Assembly (NCBI GenBank): GCA_963422265.1
Contig: OY729416.1
Location: 1,184,001-1,248,000, forward strand
DNA from: Thermodesulfobacteriota bacterium
GTDB taxonomy: Bacteria; Desulfobacterota_D; UBA1144; Nemesobacterales; UBA2774
DNA length: 64,000 bases
Direction: 5' to 3'
A program made the translations under genes and the position numbers. Of the stretch, positions 9,614 through 20,866 are shown piece by piece (the stretch's first letter is position 1; the number at the start of each line of letters is the position of its first letter). The notes below the pieces were generated by a model. That model did not search any database. It saw nothing but the letters and a program-made list of their open reading frames with translations, and was not told the origin of the DNA.

Positions 9614-10201
9614 TCATGCCTTCTTCATAAGCCTGAGGGATTCCCTAAGAGCTACTTCTATATCCTTTTCCTTTGACGTTATCGTTTCAATCTGCGAGAT
9701 ATGCACATCAATTTCAGGTCTTTTATATCCGAGATTCATCAACGCCGATATTACATCCTCAATAATACCCGCCTCGCTTTCAGCCTTCGCATCAGGCTCA
9801 AACCTAGAGAACTTACCCTTAAGCTCGGTCACGAGCCTAGAGGCTAGCCTCGAGCCTATTCCGGGAATCTTCCTTCCCTCAAGATCCCCTGAGCATACAG
9901 CCCGGGCAAGGTCACCGGGAGCGACGTTTGAAAGGATACTCACCGCCAATTTAGGACCAACCCCCGAAACCCCTATAAGCAGAGAAAAGACTTCCCGCTC
10001 ATCATCGTTAAGAAAGCCGAAAAGCTCAATACTACTCTCTTTCACGTTCGTTTGTATTTTTAACTCCGTTTCACTTCCCAGTTCCGGGAGTAGGTAGTAG
10101 GTAGAAAGGGGGACAGTTACGCCGTATCCAACTCCACCTACGTCTATAATTACTTTTCGGAGTGATTTATAGGCAATTCTGCCTCTAAGAAGGGAAATCA
10201 T
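9614..10201 (-). CDS. ruvA: Holliday junction DNA-binding protein RuvA
   Basis: IDVGGVGY, LFGF, VSGVGPKLA, IPGIG, ALMNLGY; lies between ruvC and ruvB. Confidence 0.98.
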   Translation of the reverse strand: MISLLRGRIAYKSLRKVIIDVGGVGYGVTVPLSTYYLLPELGSETELKIQTNVKESSIELFGFLNDDEREVFSLLIGVSGVGPKLAVSILSNVAPGDLARAVCSGDLEGRKIPGIGSRLASRLVTELKGKFSRFEPDAKAESEAGIIEDVISALMNLGYKRPEIDVHISQIETITSKEKDIEVALRESLRLMKKA

Positions 10202-10730
10202 CTAGTCTAAAGCGCCTCATTCTTCTCCTTGTTTGAACAAACTCTTTTCCCAGCTTTCTCTCAATTTGGGAAAGGTTAATATGACAAAGCGCAACAGCAA
10301 CTGCATCCGAGGCGTCCTCCGTTTCAAATTCCGATATCCCGAGAATAGCGGATATCATACTTTGCACTTCGCTTTTATTCGCTCTACCTCTTCCGGTAAG
10401 GGCAAGCTTAACTCTTGTGGGGGAATACTCGTGAATTGAAATCCCAGATTTAGACGCAGCCAGAAGCGCAACGCCCCTCGCCTCCCCGAGCTTTATAGCA
10501 CTCTTTGCGTTTTTTGCGAAGAATATATCCTCAATAGACATAGCACCGGGAGCATAGTCGACTATTAACTTTATTAGGTTCTCGTAAATGACTCGCAATT
10601 TCTGATATAAAGGCAGATCCGCCTTAGGAATAATAGCCCCGTTAGCAATATGAGAGATTTCTCCATTACGGGTCTCGAGAACCCCGTAACCGCAAACCCT
10701 TGAACCGGGGTCTATCCCAATTACCTTCAT
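10185..10730 (-). CDS. ruvC: Crossover junction endodeoxyribonuclease RuvC
   Basis: [39 protein letters not shown]. Confidence 0.98.
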   Translation of the reverse strand: MKVIGIDPGSRVCGYGVLETRNGEISHIANGAIIPKADLPLYQKLRVIYENLIKLIVDYAPGAMSIEDIFFAKNAKSAIKLGEARGVALLAASKSGISIHEYSPTRVKLALTGRGRANKSEVQSMISAILGISEFETEDASDAVAVALCHINLSQIERKLGKEFVQTRRRMRRFRLDDFPS

Positions 10731-11476
10731 TGCGTAAGGTTTTCTATTACTTCTTCTGGAACGTCAAAGTTAGAATACACATGCTGAACGTCGTCACTGT
10801 CCTCAAGCGCTTCCATAAGACGGATCATGTGCTCAGCTTCTTTTCCCTCTACTTTGACACTATTCTGAGGAATCATAGTAACCTCTGCCGAGTCGTATTT
10901 TAGACCCGATTCTTGTATTGCGCTTTTAACGTCTTCTATGATCTCCGGCGGCGTTATAACAACGACCTCATCGTCCCCCGTCGCCACGTCTTCGGCACCA
11001 GCTTCAAGAGCCACTTCAAATACGCTGTCTTCATCAACGCTTGCTTCTTCAAAAGCGATCCTGCCCTTCATGTCAAATATCCATGCAACGCATCCATTCT
11101 CACCTAAATTGCCACCGTGCTTTGTAAAAATCTTTCTTATATCCGCCACTGTCCGGTTTTTATTATCTGTAAGCGCCCTTACTAATACCGCGCTTCCTCC
11201 GGGACCGTAGCCTTCATAAGAAAGCTCGTAAAACTCATCTCCACCTATTTCCCTGGTCCCGCGCTTTACCGCCCTATCTATAGTATCATTGGGCATATTA
11301 TTGCCTTTAGCAGCAGTTATAGCCGTTCTTAATCGGGGATTCGTTTCAACATCTCCCCCACCCTGCTTAGCAGCTACAGTAAGTTCACGAATCAACTTTG
11401 TAAAAACTTTACCCCGTTTTGCGTCAACTGCGGCTTTTCTATGCTTTATATTCGCCCATTTTGAATGTCCCGCCAT
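10727..11476 (-). CDS. yebC: YebC/PmpR family protein
   Basis: [42 protein letters not shown]. Confidence 0.98.
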   Translation of the reverse strand: MAGHSKWANIKHRKAAVDAKRGKVFTKLIRELTVAAKQGGGDVETNPRLRTAITAAKGNNMPNDTIDRAVKRGTREIGGDEFYELSYEGYGPGGSAVLVRALTDNKNRTVADIRKIFTKHGGNLGENGCVAWIFDMKGRIAFEEASVDEDSVFEVALEAGAEDVATGDDEVVVITPPEIIEDVKSAIQESGLKYDSAEVTMIPQNSVKVEGKEAEHMIRLMEALEDSDDVQHVYSNFDVPEEVIENLTQ

Positions 11477-11632
11477 AACAACTTAACCTCGCTTTTTAAG
11501 TACTCATTAATATTTGCATTGCTTTTTCAGTACTCATCCAAATTATATTGAAATTGTAAAGCATCTAGTGAGAATTAGCAAGCACCTAAAACCTCTGAAA
11601 CTAATCAAATTCTTCAATTTCTAAAAACTTAC

Positions 11633-11662
11633 TTGACAAAATATAAATCTAGCGTAGATAAT
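11633..11662 (+). promoter_or_regulatory. Sigma70-type promoter of rho
   Basis: TTGACA at 11633-11638, then TAGATA/GATAAT at 16/18 nt; leader of roughly 130 nt. Confidence 0.55.
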
Positions 11663-11796
11663 AGTCCTGTATATATTAACTTTCATAAGCAACTCAGAGA
11701 AACTATCCCTTAGAGCATTATCGTTCATTTCCAAATTCGTTAAGCGATATTTGTTTGTATGGTAATCCTAAAATAATTAACCGAGGAACTTAGTTT

Positions 11797-13110
11797 ATGG
11801 CTAGAGCTACAAAATTGCGGGAAAAACCCGAAGATAGACATTTTGAAGAACGTTCCCGGTTTCTGAGCTTAAACGAGCTTAGGAACCACACAAGCGCGGA
11901 GCTAATGAGGAGGGCAATAGAGCTTAACATTGAAGGGGCGGCGCGCATGACAAAGCAAGATGTAACTTATGCAATACTAAAAGCCCAGAGCGAAAAAGAA
12001 GTAATCATATTTGCTGAAGGAGTGCTCGAAATACTTTCAGAAGGATACGGCTTTTTAAGATCTCCTAAATATAGCTATTTACCCGGACCAGATGACATAT
12101 ACGTATCAAAATCACAAATACGCTCATTCAACCTTAAAACCGGAGACACCGTGGGAGGACAGGTCAGGCTTCCAAGGGAAGGCGAAAAAAACCTCGCCCT
12201 GTTTAAGATAGAAGAAGTGAACAACGACTCGCGCGAAGCCTGCAGAGAAAGGGTGGCATTTGAGGATCGCATCCCGCTCCATCCAGAAGAAAGAATACAC
12301 CTTGAATACGATAAGAATGAATTTTGTAGCAGGACGTTAGACTTATTCATCCCTATTGGCAAGGGACAGAGAGCCTTAATCGTGGCTCCCCCGAGAACGG
12401 GTAAAACCATACTACTTCAAAGGATTGCAAATGCAATCACGAGAAACCAACCTGAAATAGCACTTATAGTACTTCTGATAGACGAGCGTCCCGAGGAAGT
12501 AACGGACATGCAGAGGTCAGTCAAGGGAGAGGTAGTGAGTTCAACGTTCGACGAGCCTGCCCAGCGACACATCCAAGTTGCCGACATGGTTCTTGAAAAA
12601 GCAAAAAGGTTGGTTGAGCATCAAAAAGACGTGGTCATCCTACTTGATAGTCTTACCCGTCTTGCTCGCGCTAGCAATACCGTTACTCCCGCAAGTGGTA
12701 GGGTACTCTCAGGTGGCATGGAGGCTAACGCCCTGCAAAGACCGAAAAGGTTCTTTGGAGCAGCGAGAAATACGGAGGATGGCGGTAGCCTTACGATAAT
12801 AGCCACCGCACTTATAGACACTGGAAGTCGAATGGACGAAGTAATATTTGAAGAATTCAAAGGAACGGGGAACATGGAGGCTTATCTCGACAGGCGCCTT
12901 GCCGACAAAAGAGTATTCCCTGCCATTGACTTGCAACGGTCCGGAACGAGAAAAGAAGAACTCTTACTAACAGAAGAGGTACTAAATAAAATGTGGCTAT
13001 TAAGAAAGGTTCTAAACCCTATGAATACAACCGAGGCTATGGAATTCCTCTTGGATAAAATAAACAATACGAAATCCAACCACGAGTTCCTCAGTATGAT
13101 GAATCAGTAA
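11797..13110 (+). CDS. rho: Transcription termination factor Rho
   Basis: [52 protein letters not shown]. Confidence 0.99.
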   Translation: MARATKLREKPEDRHFEERSRFLSLNELRNHTSAELMRRAIELNIEGAARMTKQDVTYAILKAQSEKEVIIFAEGVLEILSEGYGFLRSPKYSYLPGPDDIYVSKSQIRSFNLKTGDTVGGQVRLPREGEKNLALFKIEEVNNDSREACRERVAFEDRIPLHPEERIHLEYDKNEFCSRTLDLFIPIGKGQRALIVAPPRTGKTILLQRIANAITRNQPEIALIVLLIDERPEEVTDMQRSVKGEVVSSTFDEPAQRHIQVADMVLEKAKRLVEHQKDVVILLDSLTRLARASNTVTPASGRVLSGGMEANALQRPKRFFGAARNTEDGGSLTIIATALIDTGSRMDEVIFEEFKGTGNMEAYLDRRLADKRVFPAIDLQRSGTRKEELLLTEEVLNKMWLLRKVLNPMNTTEAMEFLLDKINNTKSNHEFLSMMNQ

Positions 13111-13143
13111 TAATCACAGTTTACGGTTCTCAGTTCTTGGTTT

Positions 13144-14100
13144 TCAAGCTGTAATCTCAAGCATCCTATAGATTGGCTTTCTAGCCTCTATAGCCGTCTT
13201 CTTAGGAACTTTGACTTCATAAATTTCTTTCTGGAGAGATTTAAGAACTTTTTCAAGCGTTATCATCTTCATATATTTACAAACAGCGTTATCCTTAGCA
13301 GGGTGAAACACTTTATCGGGGTTTTCCTTCTTTAGTCTGTGAATCATCCCCGTTTCAGTCGCTATAACGAATTCCCTAGAATTAGACTTGCTCACGTGTT
13401 TAAGCATGCCACCAGTTGAAAGAAATTTTGCCTTGCTCTTGCCATTTTGGGATGAGCTAGTAGCGGCGTGATACATAATATTAGTTGTGCACCCGCACTC
13501 TGGGTGAATAATCATCTCCGCACCTGGATGTGAACATTGAACTCTCTGAATGTCTTGATCTCTTATCCCCGCGTGAACGTGGCACTCCCCTTGCCATATA
13601 TGCATCTTTCTCCCCGTAACCTTCGCCACGTAGGCACCCAAGAACATATCTGGCAAAAAGAGAATTTCCTTATCCTCAGAGATTGAGCTAACCACGTTTA
13701 CCGCATTAGAAGAAGTGCAGCAGTAGTCAGTCTCAGCCTTGACCTCAGCGGTTGTGTTGACGTAAGAGACTACAACCGCGTCCGGGTGCTGCTTCTTCCA
13801 GTGTCTAAGCTGCTCTGCGTCAATAGTATCGGCAAGGGAACACCCCGCATTCTCATCAGGAATTAGAACTTTTTTATCGGGGGAAATGATAGATGCCGTC
13901 TCAGCCATAAAGTGGACGCCACAAAATACTATAATATCAGCCTGTGTTTCAGCAGCTTGTCGTGAAAGTCCGAGCGAATCACCTACAAAGTCAGCTATAT
14001 CTTGGACATCTGGAATCTGGTAATTGTGCGCCAGTATAACCGCATTCTTCTCGTTCTTTAGTCTTTGTATTTCTTGGGCGACTATTCTTGGGGCAGTCAT
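13144..14100 (-). CDS. nadA: Quinolinate synthase
   Basis: ILAHNYQ, FCGVHFMAE, AGCSLA, YVNT, CTSSNA, HPEC, CKYMK. Confidence 0.98.
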   Translation of the reverse strand: MTAPRIVAQEIQRLKNEKNAVILAHNYQIPDVQDIADFVGDSLGLSRQAAETQADIIVFCGVHFMAETASIISPDKKVLIPDENAGCSLADTIDAEQLRHWKKQHPDAVVVSYVNTTAEVKAETDYCCTSSNAVNVVSSISEDKEILFLPDMFLGAYVAKVTGRKMHIWQGECHVHAGIRDQDIQRVQCSHPGAEMIIHPECGCTTNIMYHAATSSSQNGKSKAKFLSTGGMLKHVSKSNSREFVIATETGMIHRLKKENPDKVFHPAKDNAVCKYMKMITLEKVLKSLQKEIYEVKVPKKTAIEARKPIYRMLEITA

Positions 14101-14152
14101 TTTGTCTTTTCACTTTACCGCGTTCATATTATATAATATAAGTCGCTTGTTA

Positions 14153-14995
14153 TTATAACATATAAATACCTATATCTAAAGCGCGTGAGGAGTGAGTGAG
14201 AGCTCCTATAGATACAACATCCACCCCAGTCTCCGCAATGCCCTTTATAGTTTTGAGCGTAACACCCCCCGAAGCCTCGACAAGCGCCTTGCCTCTTATA
14301 ATACCTACGGACTCTCTCATCTGTTCAAGCGACATGTTGTCAAGCATAATTATATCAGCTTTTACTTTTAGAGCCTCCTTTACTTGCTCTATCGTAGTCG
14401 TTTCGACCTCAATAGAAAACTTACTTCCGTATTTGCCGCGGACTGCTTGAACGGCAGCCATAATGCTACCCGCAAGTTTAATATGGTTATCTTTTATAAG
14501 AACGCCGTCGTATAACCCTATGCGATTATTTTTTCCCCCACCAATAGATACGGCGTATTTATCCAGCATCCTAAGTCCCGGGGCCGTTTTTCTAGTATCT
14601 ATTATCCCTACTGACGTGCCTTCAAGAACTTTTAGGTATTTGGAGGTTAAAGTCGCTATACCAGATAGCCTTTGAAGAATATTTAGAGCAAGTCGCTCAC
14701 CCGAAAGAGCAGCTCTGACCTTCAAAGTAATCTCAGCGACTAAATCGCCGGAATCTACAACTTCTCCATCACTAAGCGCCCCAACACATCCAACATTATG
14801 ATCAAGCTTTTGGAACACTCTCTTGGCGATAGGAATACCAGCGATAACCCCACGCTCCTTAGCGCGGACGACTGCTTTACATACCTTATCTTTATCTTTG
14901 CCAAAAAGCGCATCCGTAGTAATATCCCCCGTCCCGATATCTTCTTTGAGCGCCACGTCTATTACTTTATCAATGTGGTCACAGCTTAGATTCAT
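14153..14995 (-). CDS. nadC: Nicotinate-nucleotide diphosphorylase (carboxylating)
   Basis: EDIGTGDITT, ERLALN, DTRKT, LIKDNH, IEVE, MLDN, EASGG. Confidence 0.98.
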   Translation of the reverse strand: MNLSCDHIDKVIDVALKEDIGTGDITTDALFGKDKDKVCKAVVRAKERGVIAGIPIAKRVFQKLDHNVGCVGALSDGEVVDSGDLVAEITLKVRAALSGERLALNILQRLSGIATLTSKYLKVLEGTSVGIIDTRKTAPGLRMLDKYAVSIGGGKNNRIGLYDGVLIKDNHIKLAGSIMAAVQAVRGKYGSKFSIEVETTTIEQVKEALKVKADIIMLDNMSLEQMRESVGIIRGKALVEASGGVTLKTIKGIAETGVDVVSIGALTHSSRALDIGIYML

Positions 14996-15041
14996 TTGCG
15001 CGCCTCGGTATCAATATCCTAATAATAGAACCAACGTTTAG

Positions 15042-16649
15042 TTACGAAATAGGCGTTACTTGGGGAGTTTTCCCCTTCTGCAGGATTATATGAGACATCC
15101 ATTCAGGACGCTCGGTTGGGAAGTCATCCCTAATATGAACTCCTCTAGATTCTTCCCTAAGAAGAGCAAACTCGGCAATTAGTTTGGATACCAGCAACGT
15201 CATTTTAATTTTTAGTGAATAATATCCACCCAACTCGCTAAGGACATTTGAAAGTTTATCTAGCTCCACCCTGGCGTGTAGAAGATACTCCTTATTTCTA
15301 ACTATTCCCACGTATCTGTTCATAATATTTGCATTTTTCGTTCTATTACTCAAAAAAAGCTTATGGTCTCTAGCCGAAGCCCCATAGTCCAGACCGTCGA
15401 AATCAAAATTGTGCTCGTCCCCCGAACGCTCGACGCTCATCTCCTTAATAGCACCGTCAATAGCCCTCTTAGCAAATACTATACATTCAAGAAGTGAGTT
15501 ACTTGCCAACCTGTTAGCTCCATGAACCCCGGCACAGGCAACCTCACCACAGGCAAAGAGACCCTTTATATTAGTGGCTCCGTTGAGATCCGTTTTAACC
15601 CCACCAATTGTATAATGGGCAGCAGGCGCAACCGGAACCAAATCCTTTGTAATATTAATCCCAAAACGAATACACAGCTCGTATATATTCGAGAAACGTT
15701 TTGTGACCAATTCAGAGTCAACGTGTTTTAGGTCCAAGTAAACGTAATCCTTCCCGGATTTTTTCATCTCTATGAAAATAGCGCGAGACACCTCGTCTCT
15801 CGGAGCAAGCTCGCCTAGCTCGGTATAACGCTGAAGGAACCTCTCGCCAGTAGTATTTAAGAGATAAGCCCCCTCCCCCCTTACAGCCTCGCTTATTAAA
15901 AAACTTTCTCCACCCTCATTATAAAATGCAGTTGGATGAAACTGAACAAATTCCATATCGGTTATTTCCGCTCCAGCCCAGTATGCAAGAGCTATGCCTT
16001 CCCCAGTAGAGCCTAATGGATTCGTAGTCCTTTCATACAATGCCGAAGCGCCACCTGAAACGAGCACAGTTGATTTAGAAATGAACACCAATGGGGTAAA
16101 TTTCTCATTTAAGGCTAATGCCCCGTAACATGTCTTTGAATCAGACAAAATCTTTATTACGCACGTGCTCTCATACTTAACAATCGATGGATTGTTTTCA
16201 ACCGCGGCGATTAGAAACTGGATTATCCGCCTGCCTGTAGAGCTTCCTCCAGCGTGAAGAACGCGCCTCTTTGTATGACCCCCCTCAAGTCCGAGATCAA
16301 GCCCATCATCTCCCAAGTCAAACTTCATGCCGAGAGCGATCAAATCCATTATCCTCTTCTTTCCTTCTTCCACGAGCAACTTGACGGCAGACTCATTATT
16401 AAGACCTCTTCCTGCCCTCATAGTATCTTCCATGTGAAGACACGCCGAGTCTCCAGAATCTACCGCAGCCGCTATACCACCTTGAGCCCAGTAGGAATTG
16501 CTTTGCTCTATAGTGGACTTTGTCAATACGCTTACCGTGCCGAACTTAGAAGCGCAAAGAGCCGCATATAAACCAGCAAGTCCACTTCCAATTATAAGAA
16601 AATCCGAATGGATTTCCCTTACCCCTTTTTTAGGCGTCGATTTGCTCAT
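15042..16649 (-). CDS. nadB: L-aspartate oxidase
   Basis: GSGLAG, AQGGIAA, EGGH, QFHPT, SEAVRGEG, HGANRLASNSLLE; adjacent to nadC and nadA. Confidence 0.97.
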   Translation of the reverse strand: MSKSTPKKGVREIHSDFLIIGSGLAGLYAALCASKFGTVSVLTKSTIEQSNSYWAQGGIAAAVDSGDSACLHMEDTMRAGRGLNNESAVKLLVEEGKKRIMDLIALGMKFDLGDDGLDLGLEGGHTKRRVLHAGGSSTGRRIIQFLIAAVENNPSIVKYESTCVIKILSDSKTCYGALALNEKFTPLVFISKSTVLVSGGASALYERTTNPLGSTGEGIALAYWAGAEITDMEFVQFHPTAFYNEGGESFLISEAVRGEGAYLLNTTGERFLQRYTELGELAPRDEVSRAIFIEMKKSGKDYVYLDLKHVDSELVTKRFSNIYELCIRFGINITKDLVPVAPAAHYTIGGVKTDLNGATNIKGLFACGEVACAGVHGANRLASNSLLECIVFAKRAIDGAIKEMSVERSGDEHNFDFDGLDYGASARDHKLFLSNRTKNANIMNRYVGIVRNKEYLLHARVELDKLSNVLSELGGYYSLKIKMTLLVSKLIAEFALLREESRGVHIRDDFPTERPEWMSHIILQKGKTPQVTPIS

Positions 16650-16696
16650 CTAACACTCTTAAATTATAGTTTATATTATATGCTTCATAACGCTTA

Positions 16697-19348
16697 CTAG
16701 TTGCCTATAGAATTGAGCAATTCAGATTTGATTCTTTGTATTGTCTCGCTATCCTTGATTTTTTTACCTTTCATATCGGTTACGTAAAACCCGTCCACAA
16801 CCTGATCTACCTTTGTAGATATCTTTGCATACTGCGTGGAAAGGCCGAGCTTCGTTATAGACTTGGTTATATCGTATAGAAGTCCACCTCTATCATATGT
16901 GTAGACGTCAATAATAGTAGCCTTGTCCGAAGATTCATTATCTATCTCCACACGCGTAGGATAACGAGGTATAAACTTGCGATATTGGGAACCCCCCTTT
17001 TTCCTTTTAGCAACAAGTTTTTCTACTTCTATCTTGCCAACTAGAATCTCCCGCATATTACTTCTTAACTTGTCCCACACAGGGTCCTGCTCCTCAGCCA
17101 TCTCGCCTAACCTATTTACGTAGAAAACATCTAATATCCTTCCGTCGTCCCTGGTTGTTATCCTAGCACCTAGAATGTTCAATCCACTTGCCCTTATTAC
17201 ACCGCAGAGCTGTGAAAAAATCCCTGGCTCATCAAACCCCCAGAAGGTAAACTCGTTATACTGCTCCCTAGAATAGTATAAAACGTTCATTCCTATTCCA
17301 TCTTTGGACTCCTCAATTATACCAACGTGGTAAGCGATTTTGCGGGGAGAAAATCCCAAAAAGTAGGAAGTGGGCATATTCCTTAGGGCGGCGCGTATCT
17401 TTTTCTCGGGTATTTGTCCATCAGCAGCTTGGACTACGCTCCGGGTCACCCTCTTCTTCGTATCTTCAGGAGTTTCTTTCTTAAATTCTCCCCTTTCAAG
17501 AACCTTAGCAGTCCTTACGAAGAGCTCCTTTAATAACATTGCCTTCCAATTATTCCAAACGTTGGGTCCAACGGATTTAATATCGGCGAAGGTTAAAAGA
17601 TAAAGCAAGGAAAGCATCTCCAGAGTCTTAACGGATCGTGCGAACCTCAGTATCAAGCTATAATCGTGTATGTCTCGCCTCTGTGAAAAGTGAGACATAA
17701 CCATGTGATGTTTAACCAACAATTCAAGCTGTTCGCCTTCTTTCTGAGATAGTTCCAACGTTCTAGAAAGCTTAGGAATCATGGCAGCTCCCTTCAGGGC
17801 GTGATTTCGCCCCTCGCCCTTACCCATATCGTGAAATAGACAGGCGAGATATAGAACGTGCCTATTCATAAGGGATTCAGCCGTCTTAGTTAACAGTGGA
17901 AGTTCCTTCTCGTATTTATAACTCAGCAAGTTTTCAATCTCCTTTATCATCATAATTGAATGGACGTCCACCGTATAAACGTGATAAGCGTCGTGCTGCA
18001 CCATGCAAACTATCTTACCAAATTCAGGAATATAAGAACCCAAAAGTCTAAGCCTATTCATTTCAAATAGTGAGTTCGCTACGTTCTTTCCCGTTTTAAG
18101 GAGTCTCAGAAAAGAGGCGTTAAGTTCTGGATCAGATATAACCTTCTCATCTATAGTAATTCTAACAATCTCGTCCCTTATAAGCCCTTCCAGATAATTA
18201 CTCATACGAACCCCATGCCTATTGGCATATTCAAAAGCGCGCATTAGATTCGATGGCTTTTCTCCAAAGGCAGCAGGACTAGTAACCGAGAGCACCCCGC
18301 TTTGAATTATAAAACCATGTTGTAGTAACGTTTTCTTAGAAGTCTTAATAGTCGCCCTAGTGTCTTCAGTGCACTTCTCTATCAACCTTTTTGATCTCTC
18401 TCTGACGTCGTTTGCCCTTAGATAATAACTTCTCATAAACATTTCGATTGCGAGACGCTTAGTGTTCGAAAAACCGAGAAACTTTGCGAGCTCTTCCTGA
18501 AGTTCAAAAGTTAGTCTGTCCTCACGCCTCCCTGCTAGGTAGTGAAGCTCTGAGCGAACAAGGAGAAGAAAGCCAAGATCCTCTTCAAATCCCCTAAGTT
18601 CTTCTTCAACTAACACCCCCTTAGAGGTCAGCTCCGCAAAGCTCTTTACCTTATACTTGGCTTGTGCAATCCAGAGGGCTGAATTTATATCTCTAAGACC
18701 ACCTTCCCCTTCTTTAACGTTAGGCTCTAGCAGATAAATTGACCCTCCGAACTTGCTAAGCCTATTCTCATTCTCTTTTATTTTACGCCGAATAAACTTA
18801 GCCGAGACTGAAGGCAACAAATCACGGAAGAGCTTATCGTCAAAGAGCAAATACAAATTCCTATCCCCGTAAATAAACCTGCCGTCGAGAAGCGACGTCA
18901 GTATAGTGGTATCATCGCTATCCTCGCTAGAAAGCTCCATACACTCATCTATTGTTCTAACCGAGTGTCCGACGTCAAGATTTAGATCCCAAAGTAGGTA
19001 AAGCAGTTTTTCAGTAACGTGTTTTGCGAGAGTTTTATTGCGCTTCTTGTAAAGGAACATCAAATCTATATCAGAATAAGGACATAATTCCCTTCTCCCA
19101 TAACCTCCGAGTGCTAGTATAGAGATATTTTTAATGTCCCTGAAACCGAGTTGAGTTAACGCTTGCCAAATGAGTCTATCAATAATGTCAGACTGCATTT
19201 TCGCAAGGATTCTGCCCGAAAGAGCTCTTTCATGTTTAGCTTGTTTATTATGAATCTTTCTAAGCCCGTCTCGCTTACGAATAAGCCTTTGTTTAATCTG
19301 TTCACTCAAGCTATTTTGATCAAGCGCTAAACTGTCGGATTTCTTCAT
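16697..19348 (-). CDS. glnD: [Protein-PII] uridylyltransferase/uridylyl-removing enzyme
   Basis: GGYGRRELCPYSDIDL, EPNVKEGEGGLRD, YHVYTVDVH, HD domain (FHDMGKG), two C-terminal ACT domains. ATG 19348 follows GGAGG (track start 19369). Confidence 0.97.
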   Translation of the reverse strand: MKKSDSLALDQNSLSEQIKQRLIRKRDGLRKIHNKQAKHERALSGRILAKMQSDIIDRLIWQALTQLGFRDIKNISILALGGYGRRELCPYSDIDLMFLYKKRNKTLAKHVTEKLLYLLWDLNLDVGHSVRTIDECMELSSEDSDDTTILTSLLDGRFIYGDRNLYLLFDDKLFRDLLPSVSAKFIRRKIKENENRLSKFGGSIYLLEPNVKEGEGGLRDINSALWIAQAKYKVKSFAELTSKGVLVEEELRGFEEDLGFLLLVRSELHYLAGRREDRLTFELQEELAKFLGFSNTKRLAIEMFMRSYYLRANDVRERSKRLIEKCTEDTRATIKTSKKTLLQHGFIIQSGVLSVTSPAAFGEKPSNLMRAFEYANRHGVRMSNYLEGLIRDEIVRITIDEKVISDPELNASFLRLLKTGKNVANSLFEMNRLRLLGSYIPEFGKIVCMVQHDAYHVYTVDVHSIMMIKEIENLLSYKYEKELPLLTKTAESLMNRHVLYLACLFHDMGKGEGRNHALKGAAMIPKLSRTLELSQKEGEQLELLVKHHMVMSHFSQRRDIHDYSLILRFARSVKTLEMLSLLYLLTFADIKSVGPNVWNNWKAMLLKELFVRTAKVLERGEFKKETPEDTKKRVTRSVVQAADGQIPEKKIRAALRNMPTSYFLGFSPRKIAYHVGIIEESKDGIGMNVLYYSREQYNEFTFWGFDEPGIFSQLCGVIRASGLNILGARITTRDDGRILDVFYVNRLGEMAEEQDPVWDKLRSNMREILVGKIEVEKLVAKRKKGGSQYRKFIPRYPTRVEIDNESSDKATIIDVYTYDRGGLLYDITKSITKLGLSTQYAKISTKVDQVVDGFYVTDMKGKKIKDSETIQRIKSELLNSIGN

Positions 19349-19447
19349 CTTACCTCCACTATCCCGCAACAGGAGCGTGCCGAAGCAGTTTCATGATTAA
19401 GCATATATGCAGGATAGACTACAGGACAAGTTCTGGAGCAATCCATT

Positions 19448-20044
19448 CTACAATTTTATGCTAACTGAAACCCCATCTCTAATAGGTATAATTGTTGTGT
19501 AAAAGCCCTCGTGAGACATAATAAGACGCGTAAACTCCCTAATCCCTTCACTGGATTCTGACTTGTCACTGGTTAGCACCCTTCCGCTCCATAGTAGATT
19601 ATCTGTAATAAGAAGCCCCCCTTTTTGCAGTATGCGATAAGACTCGTCAACTACACTAGGATAAAGCTCTTTATCTATATCGTTGAAAATAATATCAAAT
19701 CGCTCTTCAGCACACTCCAAAAAAAATAAGGCGTCACCTTCATAAACGTCAACCCTTTCCCTAACGCCCATCCTTGTGAGAAACTCATTTGCGAGTTTTA
19801 TATTATCGCTAGAATACTCCGTTATATAAACTCTCCCACTATCGCCTATAGCCTTGGCGAACCAATAAGCCGAATAGCCAAATCCTGATCCTAGCTCTAA
19901 AACCTTCTTAGCCCCTGCGATTTTTGTGATCTGATATAAGAATCGTCCTACAAGCGGCCCTATTATCGGAAATTCATTCTCCTCCGCCCATTTTTCCATC
20001 CCCAATAGAGCATCGTCCCTACTAGTATCGCCAAGGCTTTGCAA
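19448..20044 (-). CDS. O-methyltransferase (class I SAM-dependent)
   Basis: VLELGSGFGYS, FDIIFNDIDK, DNLLWSG, RDG. Confidence 0.9.
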   Translation of the reverse strand: MQSLGDTSRDDALLGMEKWAEENEFPIIGPLVGRFLYQITKIAGAKKVLELGSGFGYSAYWFAKAIGDSGRVYITEYSSDNIKLANEFLTRMGVRERVDVYEGDALFFLECAEERFDIIFNDIDKELYPSVVDESYRILQKGGLLITDNLLWSGRVLTSDKSESSEGIREFTRLIMSHEGFYTTIIPIRDGVSVSIKL

Positions 20045-20079
20045 ATACGCCTCTACCTTAGGATTTACAATATAAGTAT

Positions 20080-20664
20080 TTATAGCTCCGTTGACCCCTT
20101 AGGACTATTAAACTTAACGAACGTCTCTTCAAACCCGCTAGTCCGATTTTGCCCCCTGGCTAGGATAAATAAAAGATCTGAGAGGCGATTTAAGTACACG
20201 GGAACATTACTGCTAACGCCCTCTCCTTTTTCTTCCACGAGTTCTACTACTTTTCTCTCGGCTCTCCTACATACAGTCCTTGCTAAATGGAGACAGGAAC
20301 CTCCGGGAGTGCCGCTCGGAAGTATGAACTCTTTAAGAGGCTCAAGTTCTTCGAGGAATCTATCCATTATAGACTCAAGCCTTGTCACAGCTTCTTTGGT
20401 AATTCTAGGAACATTCACATCGGGAGGGCTTGCGAGATCCGCTCCAACGATGAATAGATCATTCTGAATTTGAGCTAATAAGTCATTAATCTCGCCATCA
20501 TTAAGCAGAGACCGAGCCATCCCTAATACTGCATTTAACTCATCTACCTCACCGTAGGCATGCACCCTCAATGAAGCTTTGCTAACCCTTGAACCTCCAA
20601 CGAGCGAGGTCTGTCCTTTATCGCCTGTTTTGGTATATACCTTAGTAATTCTCTTCTTTTCCAC
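20080..20664 (-). CDS. PduO-type ATP:cob(I)alamin adenosyltransferase
   Basis: YTKTGDKGQT, YGEVDELN, FILP, RTVCRRAER, YLNRLSDLLF. Confidence 0.95.
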   Translation of the reverse strand: MEKKRITKVYTKTGDKGQTSLVGGSRVSKASLRVHAYGEVDELNAVLGMARSLLNDGEINDLLAQIQNDLFIVGADLASPPDVNVPRITKEAVTRLESIMDRFLEELEPLKEFILPSGTPGGSCLHLARTVCRRAERKVVELVEEKGEGVSSNVPVYLNRLSDLLFILARGQNRTSGFEETFVKFNSPKGSTEL

Positions 20665-20866
20665 TCTAAAATTCTAACCGAAGGGCAAATGTGGTTCAAT
20701 TTTAAGAAAAGATGTAAGCGGGTCACGCCTTATTACAGTAAAGGCAAAGGACTAACTCAGGTAACGAGACATACAGCTCATTCTGAAAAAATCCAATACT
20801 TTCAATTGATTCCAATCTAGATTCTACATAAAATTACGTAAAAAGGATACAACCAAATAATTGTTC

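Noticed and set aside
9555..10097. Long antisense ORFs such as 9555..10097, 20039..20467 and 44852..45316
   Set aside because: They shadow well-supported genes on the opposite strand (ruvA, PduO-type gene, holB) and have no motifs.
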